A stretch of DNA of 58,212 bases, the filler included, from Stramenopiles sp. TOSAG23-6 (lineage: Eukaryota): NCBI GenBank assembly GCA_900128565.1. It is 8 parts of 8 records of this genome, joined end to end, with 100 filler letters (N's around TTAATTAATTAA, not from the genome) between each part and the next. Parts side by side here need not be neighbours in the genome. Positions count along the whole stretch, not along the records: positions 51,061 to 58,212 come from LT636600.1; 7 more parts are not named here. One strand, 5' to 3'. Shown here piece after piece: positions 56,481 through 58,212 of this stretch; within the stretch, counting starts at the first letter, position 1; every line of letters begins with the position of its first letter. Both the position numbers and the translations under genes were made by a program. The notes beneath the pieces are model-generated. The model was given only the letters and a program-made list of their open reading frames with translations. It was not told the origin of the DNA and ran no database searches.

Positions 56481-58159
56481 ATCATTAATTTCAGATATCA
56501 AAGAAACACAAAATAGGCATTCAAAGGCTAAGCAATACTCTACTATACATTTGAACGAAGAAATTTCAATTGAAAAAATGTTGAAAAAAGCTAAATCTGA
56601 GGTTTGGCAAGAGGGCTATGACCCCTGGGCTTTTTTTCCACGTGATTTTGAGCGTTTTCTTGTTACAGGAAATTTCCCTTCTTGGAAGACTCTTACGGCC
56701 ACTACGCCTCCAATTGCAAATAAAAGCTTTGACGTTGATATGTGTTTTATTATAGGCTGTGGTCGTTCTGGAACAACTCTTTTAGCTTCATTGTACGTTG
56801 TCCACTTTCAATTTCAATTTTTTTACATTTTCGTACGAAATTTCATACCTAACAAAAAAAATCAAAAAAAAAATATATTTTTTCACAATGCTTACTATCG
56901 ATGTGGAAAAAAGTTCTTTTTATAAATGAACCAAGACTTCTTTGGCTCTCTGCAGGCTTCCCAGAAATAGATGTATGGTCAACTTTATCAAACAAAAGAC
57001 GAGGTCGCTTGCAATTTTTGCCATGTTTAACATCAAGAAATCTTGTTGCAATTGATAAGCTAAAAATGATATATCAAAATGTTGTGACTGCTGCGAACTC
57101 CAACCATAACCCCAACCCTAGTAATGACTCACCAGTGAGAAGGATGATTGTAGAAAAATTCCCTGAGCATTCCTTTCGAGTGCCGTTTCTGTCAAAATGT
57201 TTCCCTCAAGGATATGTCATCGTTATGCTAATTTTACCTATTTTTTTGTTTTTACCGAATTGTTTTTTCGTTTTTTCATACGAAAATTTGTACCTAACAA
57301 AAAAATCAAATTTGACATATTTTTTCACAATGTATACGGTTTATTCATATAATCAGATCTCCCATGAAGGTTATTCGTTCAATATCTAAATTTTCATCAT
57401 TTGCCTGGTATGTAGGTTTTTTCAAAATTTCATTTTTTGGTAGTATATTTCGTACCTGACAAGAAAAATCAAATTTTTAAAATTTTCTTCAAATATCTTT
57501 TTTTTACATTTCAAAATTTCATTTTTTTTTCGCCTAAGAATTTTCTATACATATCAAATTGTAAATGTAATATATTTTTCACAACGCATGGAGCGACAAA
57601 CAAAAAGTGGCAAGAATTGCGTCTTCTAGCACTGACTTTTGGTTTCTCTGAATCAGATGTATGTTTTAGGGTTAGGGTTATTTTCGATTTTTTTTTCGTA
57701 CGAAATTTTGTACCTAACGAAGATACATTTTTTTTAAACGAAAAAAAAAAATATTTTCCTAAAATAAATCTCTCTCGCCTTGAATCTGAAGCTTCGAATA
57801 GAGGTAAGGCAGAGGTCGAATGGACCGTATCGATACTCTCAATTTTGCGACAGTTCAACCAGTTCAACGTCATACAAAATGAAAACTCTAACCCTACATA
57901 TTTTTTTTTGAAATACGAAGATTTAATTACCAAACCTATAGAGACTATGAACAAAGTTGCTACATTTTTAGGCTTGCTAAAGCCTAATGAGGAAATTATT
58001 CATCAAATTCAAGCCTTTATTTATAACCCAAATTCTTCAAATACAAAAATGAAACAAACAATCCCTGAAGGTTCAGTGTGTCATATATACAAGAATATAT
58101 ACAAGAGAGAGTGGCATCGATTAACGTTACAAGTGATGAAAACGTTTGGATATTGTTGA
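56386..58159 (+). CDS. P-loop sulfotransferase; exons 56386(or 56344)..56792, 56894..57211, 57336..57411, 57590..57658, 57770..58159
   Basis: Spliced GCGRSGTTLLAS-L-LSMWKKVLFINEP, VEKFP, FPQ-G-RFIHIIRSP..VIRS, LKYEDLITKP..TM.KV..FLGL, M..FGY. Confidence 0.85.
56793..56893 (+). other. Non-canonical GT-TT intron (101 nt, phase 2)
   Basis: TCA TT|GTACGT...TTTTCGTACGAAATTTCATACCTAAC...TTCACAATGCTT|A CTA TCG; the intron contains no AG. Confidence 0.82.
57212..57335 (+). other. Probable AT-AT intron (124 nt, donor ATATGT, phase 2)
   Basis: CAA GG|ATATGT...TTTTCATACGAAAATTTGTACCTAAC...TTCACAATGTAT|A CGG gives FPQGRFIHIIRSP; exact donor uncertain. Confidence 0.65.
57412..57589 (+). other. Non-canonical GT-AT intron (178 nt, phase 0)
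   Basis: TGG TAT|GTAGGT...TTTCGTACCTGAC...TTCACAACGCAT|GGA GCG. Confidence 0.75.
57659..57769 (+). other. Non-canonical GT-AT intron (111 nt, ends AAT, phase 0) with (TTAGGG)2
   Basis: TCA GAT|GTATGTTTTAGGGTTAGGGTT...TTTCGTACGAAATTTTGTACCTAAC...CCTAAAATAAAT|CTC TCT. Confidence 0.78.
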
Positions 58160-58212
58160 TTAAAAGGTAAAATAAAATAGGATAATTGGAATTTTATTAT
58201 TTAATATTACCC

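Overview
AT-rich eukaryotic DNA, probably from a flagellated marine protist (it has an axonemal dynein, an NPHP1-like protein and TTAGGG repeats; a stramenopile origin is only a guess). The window is eight unrelated contigs of about 7.2 kb, sorted by length and joined by artificial N-TTAATTAATTAA-N spacers, so synteny across spacers means nothing. Recognisable genes: a LysM/ELM2/Tudor/SET protein, a divergent Rab-like GTPase, a HutD-methyltransferase fusion, a partial tRNA-Lys(UUU), TMEM161, an EF-hand-rich NPHP1-like protein, a PH/Tudor protein, cysteinyl-tRNA synthetase, an inner-arm dynein heavy chain, a giant Cys-rich surface protein, a BT1 folate/biopterin transporter, an Sfi1-like protein, UTP13/TBL3, a PLAC8 protein and a sulfotransferase. 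The main observation is a family of short, sequence-similar introns (18 complete, about 7 partial). They start GTA[T/C/G]GT, carry a palindromic TTTTCRTACGAAATTTTGTACCTAAC hairpin/branch-point motif, and end in ...AATACAT (or TAT/AAT/CTT) instead of AG. Removing them at GT...AT/TT restores reading frames and conserved motifs in CysRS, the sulfotransferase, TMEM161 and BT1. One family member ends in AAAATACAG, which fixes the register. These junctions are inferred from reading frame and homology, not from transcript data. A second pattern is short telomere-repeat tracts (AACCCT)2 inside coding loops and introns.
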